IMG/VR virus record: IMGVR_UViG_3300045988_005581
DNA length: 44,370 nt
Source: a virus
Lineage: Duplodnaviria > Heunggongvirae > Uroviricota > Caudoviricetes
Direction: 5' to 3' (one strand)
Part shown: positions 41,829-44,370 of the stretch, piece by piece
Layout of the letters: each line of letters begins with the position of its first letter
How positions within the stretch are numbered: the stretch's first letter is position 1
Program-made: the position numbers and the translations under genes
The notes under the pieces: model-generated
What the model saw: the letters and a program-made list of their open reading frames with translations, nothing else
Databases searched by the model: none
Told to the model about the DNA's origin: nothing

Positions 41829-41942
41829 ATGTACAGCGAATTTGATTTGTGGGACGTGGTTCTTATGTGGGCCTCCGGGGAAGATGTTGTTTGCGACTGC
41901 GACACGTTAAGTATCATATGCGAGGAGCCAGAAGATGAGTAA
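41829..41942 (+). CDS. possible 37-aa acidic peptide
   Basis: ATG 41829 with GAGAGGAGAGG RBS; stop overlaps next start. Speculative. Confidence 0.3.
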   Translation: MYSEFDLWDVVLMWASGEDVVCDCDTLSIICEEPEDE

Positions 41943-42372
41943 CAAAAACGAAGTATTCGAGTACCTGATTGACCAACTACGGCAGCAGCTAAATAACAAC
42001 CCATACAAGCAACAGTGCGAAGACCTGGCCCATGAGGTGCCGTCACTCAAGAACCAGTTACGTGATGCGTCGGCGCAGATTAAGGAGTTGCATACGGCTC
42101 TGGTCAAAGCTACGGGTGACGTGGAGGCGTACAAACTTATCCGCAATGGTGAACATGGACCTGAGCAATCTGGCTGCCGTAAAGAAGACGTGCAGGAATG
42201 CAGGCATGATTGGGTTCTGGACGAAAAAGGGGACTACTTCGTTTGCTATAAGCGCGGTAAGCAAGAAGCGGAATTGAGCGATTGCCCACACGCTAATACC
42301 GTCGGTTTGCGCAAAGGCTTTGCGCCGGGTTTTACTAAAAAGTGTCTTGATTGCGGGGCTAAACTGAAATGA
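41935..42372 (+). CDS. hypothetical protein with C-terminal zinc-ribbon-like motif (145 aa)
   Basis: Coiled-coil-like N-terminus; C-terminal CPH...C..CG. Confidence 0.55.
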   Translation: MSNKNEVFEYLIDQLRQQLNNNPYKQQCEDLAHEVPSLKNQLRDASAQIKELHTALVKATGDVEAYKLIRNGEHGPEQSGCRKEDVQECRHDWVLDEKGDYFVCYKRGKQEAELSDCPHANTVGLRKGFAPGFTKKCLDCGAKLK

Positions 42373-42572
42373 CCAGCATCTTATTTATCTGGGTATTGTC
42401 GGCGGGCCAGATGCAACTAGCGGCATCAGAAACGTTTTACTCGATGGAGGCGTGCCCGTCAGCGGCACGCGCCGCAGAGAACGCGCACTTTCTGTTTCAG
42501 GGTGACAAGCCCAACGATTCAGAGGTACGCGCTATCTGCTCACCTAAGCGACTTGGTAAACAGGAGAAATAA
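42369..42572 (+). CDS. small secreted/periplasmic protein (signal-peptide-like N-terminus)
   Basis: N-terminal hydrophobic segment ILFIWVLSAGQMQLAAS resembling a signal peptide; ATGA-coupled. Confidence 0.5.
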   Translation: MTSILFIWVLSAGQMQLAASETFYSMEACPSAARAAENAHFLFQGDKPNDSEVRAICSPKRLGKQEK

Positions 42573-42573
42573 C

Positions 42574-42756
42574 ATGGTACAGAGATATACCTACGACCAG
42601 ATATTCGGGTTTACTCCTGATGTTGAGGGCGTGTTAGTGCTTTACGAAGATTACGCGAAACTCGAAGCCGAGTTACAGAAATACAAGGACCAGTTTCCTG
42701 ATTACGTTGAGTGCGCGAACTGTGGGTCAGTTACACATGTGGAGGGGGTGGAGTGA
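42574..42756 (+). CDS. hypothetical protein (60 aa)
   Basis: ATG 42574 with AGGAG RBS (tool start 42502 upstream); C-terminal C..C pair. Confidence 0.5.
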   Translation: MVQRYTYDQIFGFTPDVEGVLVLYEDYAKLEAELQKYKDQFPDYVECANCGSVTHVEGVE

Positions 42757-43049
42757 TGTCTCTTGCAACTGACATCCTGAAACGAAGCGGCCTTGCGCCG
42801 CTGTCACCGAGAACGAACACCCGAATATACAAGCGCCGCCGTAACGCGCTGTACCCTGAGATTCAAGCCAGACGCAAAGCCATCCGCGCCTGCGGATTCC
42901 AGAGCGGGAAGGCCGTTAATCTAGGCGAGTTTAAGACGAAGGAACGCGCAGCAATCGCTAATCGGTTATTTAATTACTGGAAATCGCTGGGGTATGAGGA
43001 TATTCCGACGAAACCGCAGAGACGACAATACATCTGGCGTCATAAATAA
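42756..43049 (+). CDS. hypothetical basic protein (97 aa)
   Basis: ATG 42756 overlapping upstream stop (TGATG); Arg/Lys-rich; last gene before the lysis cassette. Confidence 0.5.
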   Translation: MSLATDILKRSGLAPLSPRTNTRIYKRRRNALYPEIQARRKAIRACGFQSGKAVNLGEFKTKERAAIANRLFNYWKSLGYEDIPTKPQRRQYIWRHK

Positions 43050-43079
43050 ACCGTTATTAAGATAATTCCTAACCGTGCT

Positions 43080-43119
43080 ATCCTCCAGTTACTGCATACT
43101 TAATACGCACCTGGAGGAT
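43080..43119 (+). promoter_or_regulatory. RNA hairpin sequestering the holin Shine-Dalgarno sequence
   Basis: Perfect 9-bp inverted repeat ATCCTCCAG (43080-43088) / CTGGAGGAT (43111-43119); the 3' arm contains the GGAGGA RBS of the holin gene, which starts with TTG at 43125. Confidence 0.4.
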
Positions 43120-43124
43120 TCATC

Positions 43125-43433
43125 TTGGATAAATTTACTGAAACAGTGACGGGGTGGCTTCTCGCTGCCGCATTAGCTGGTGGGGTAATAGGCTTACGGC
43201 AACACAAAGCCACTATTACCGGCCCTGTCGATGCTCTCTGTTTTCTCGCCACTGGCTTTGCGTGCGCCGTATTCGGTGCGCCTCTCGCCGCTCAATGGTT
43301 CGGTATCGCAGGTGAACGCGAAATAGCGGGCCTTGGATTCATCATTGCTATTCTCTGGATGCCAATTTATTCCCGTCTCTCTGGCATTGTCGCCGGAGAA
43401 TACATCGCACGTCGCGGAGGTGGTAATGAATGA
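43125..43433 (+). CDS. holin (putative)
   Basis: 102 aa with at least two hydrophobic TM-like segments and a charged C-terminus; TTG start 6 nt after GGAGGA; directly upstream of the endolysin gene. Confidence 0.6.
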   Translation: MDKFTETVTGWLLAAALAGGVIGLRQHKATITGPVDALCFLATGFACAVFGAPLAAQWFGIAGEREIAGLGFIIAILWMPIYSRLSGIVAGEYIARRGGGNE

Positions 43434-43698
43434 GTTATTCTGGTTTGGTGGTATGCTCGCAATCGGGAGCACATCGCTGTTTAACGTATACCACCCCAGC
43501 GTAGATGATGGGCTGTTCGGGCGTGTGCTTTATATTCTGACTGCTATTGTCTGCGCCGCCGGTTGTATCCACTTGTTACAGGGCAGCATGTCACCTACGC
43601 TGCCTGAGACATTAATCACATTAGTTGCGCTGCGTCAGATTCGCCAGGCGTGGCTGTCATACGGAGGACATAAGCGTGTCTCGAAACATTTCAGATAA
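43426..43698 (+). CDS. second membrane protein of the lysis cassette (holin/antiholin-like)
   Basis: ATG 43426 overlapping the holin stop; two hydrophobic segments; 3' end overlaps the endolysin start. Confidence 0.5.
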   Translation: MNELFWFGGMLAIGSTSLFNVYHPSVDDGLFGRVLYILTAIVCAAGCIHLLQGSMSPTLPETLITLVALRQIRQAWLSYGGHKRVSKHFR

Positions 43699-44164
43699 TG
43701 GGTTGCATTTCACCGCAGCATTTGAGGGATTCCGCGGAACCGCGTATCGCGCTACGCCAAATGAGAAGTACCTGACTATTGGGTACGGTCATTATGGGCC
43801 AGACGTAACGCCAGGCAAGACCATCACCCCGGGACAAGGCCTCCTGTTACTGAATCGTGATATGGCTAAGGCCGTAGCTGCGGTTGACGCAGCAGCACAC
43901 CATTCATTGACACAGGCACAGTTCGATGCAGTGTGCGACCTGGTATACAACGCAGGTGCTGGTGTGATTGCTGCTACTACCGGCACGGGTAAGGCACTGC
44001 GTTCTGGTGATATTGCAACGCTGCGGGCTAAGCTGGCGCTGTTCATCAACCAGAACGGCAAACCGATACTTGGACTGCGTCGTCGTACCGCCGGTCGTCT
44101 GGCGCTGTTCGACGGTAAACCGTGGCAGGAGGCTGAGGCTATCGGGCGCGCGGTGAAAGGTTGA
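43676..44164 (+). CDS. endolysin, lysozyme-like (GH24-type)
   Basis: GTG start 43676 with GGAGGA RBS; FEGFRGTAY...TIGYGH resembles the catalytic region of T4/lambda-type lysozymes (recalled). Confidence 0.8.
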   Translation: MSRNISDNGLHFTAAFEGFRGTAYRATPNEKYLTIGYGHYGPDVTPGKTITPGQGLLLLNRDMAKAVAAVDAAAHHSLTQAQFDAVCDLVYNAGAGVIAATTGTGKALRSGDIATLRAKLALFINQNGKPILGLRRRTAGRLALFDGKPWQEAEAIGRAVKG

Positions 44165-44230
44165 CACATAAGACTAATCCGACGATACTTAAATCACCTC
44201 CTGCTCCATCCCTCTGCTCTCCAGTTTTAT

Positions 44231-44260
44231 CCCGGCCCTGACCCAGCCGGGATTTTTTTT
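44231..44260 (+). terminator. strong intrinsic terminator after the lysis cassette
   Basis: CCCGGC (44231-44236) / GCCGGG (44246-44251), 9-nt loop, then eight consecutive T (44253-44260). Confidence 0.75.
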
Positions 44261-44370
44261 ATCTATTTTCTGTGATGACTAGTTGACTATTATCCTCGAC
44301 CCTATTATATTTACTTCATCGACAACGAGAACGGAGTAGAGAGAAATGGGCAACGTATCGACGATAGAAA
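44252..44370. repeat. Terminal duplication (copy 2), identical to 1..119
   Basis: Exact repeat of the window start, including the promoter at 32..60 and the first 25 nt of the first ORF. Confidence 0.9.

Noticed and set aside
44282-44310. Promoter at the end of the window as an independent second promoter
   Set aside because: It is the duplicated copy of the promoter at 32..60 within the 119-bp terminal overlap, not a separate locus.
1-44370. CRISPR arrays, tRNA or rRNA genes, integrase or other lysogeny genes
   Set aside because: No regularly spaced direct repeats with unique spacers, no cloverleaf-like candidates noticed in intergenic regions (by eye only; tRNAscan not run), and no tyrosine or serine recombinase-sized ORF with recognisable motifs. 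The AlpA-like and Cro-like HTH proteins alone do not establish a temperate lifestyle.

Overview
The window is one complete unit (about 44,251 bp) of a tailed dsDNA phage genome, plus a 119-bp duplication at the window edge (1..119 is identical to 44252..44370). I found no integrase, tRNA or CRISPR array, so it looks virulent; the gene content resembles Jersey-like (Guernseyvirinae-type) siphophages, but that is from memory and unverified. All protein calls rest on motifs read by eye; no database search was run. Layout: rightward small-ORF chains (95..2232 and 40262..43049), a holin/endolysin cassette (43125..44164), packaging and head genes (2409..7247), an overlapped spanin pair followed by scaffold, capsid and tail-shaft genes (7856..14591), an antisense nucleotide-metabolism cassette (14620..17019), the tail tip and fibre block (17198..27157), and a leftward replication module (27186..39782) with family-A DNA polymerase, SF2 helicase, primase-helicase, Cas4-like nuclease, SSB, VRR-NUC and a short C5-methyltransferase-like protein. 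The most interesting signal is regulatory: two paralogous promoter-leader-terminator modules (7603..7838 and 39890..40160) sit directly in front of the two major rightward operons, an arrangement like lambda PR'-qut-tR' or HK022 put antitermination. A second signal is a family of near-identical sigma70-like promoters that carry an embedded dyad, GAATAG-N4-CTATTC.
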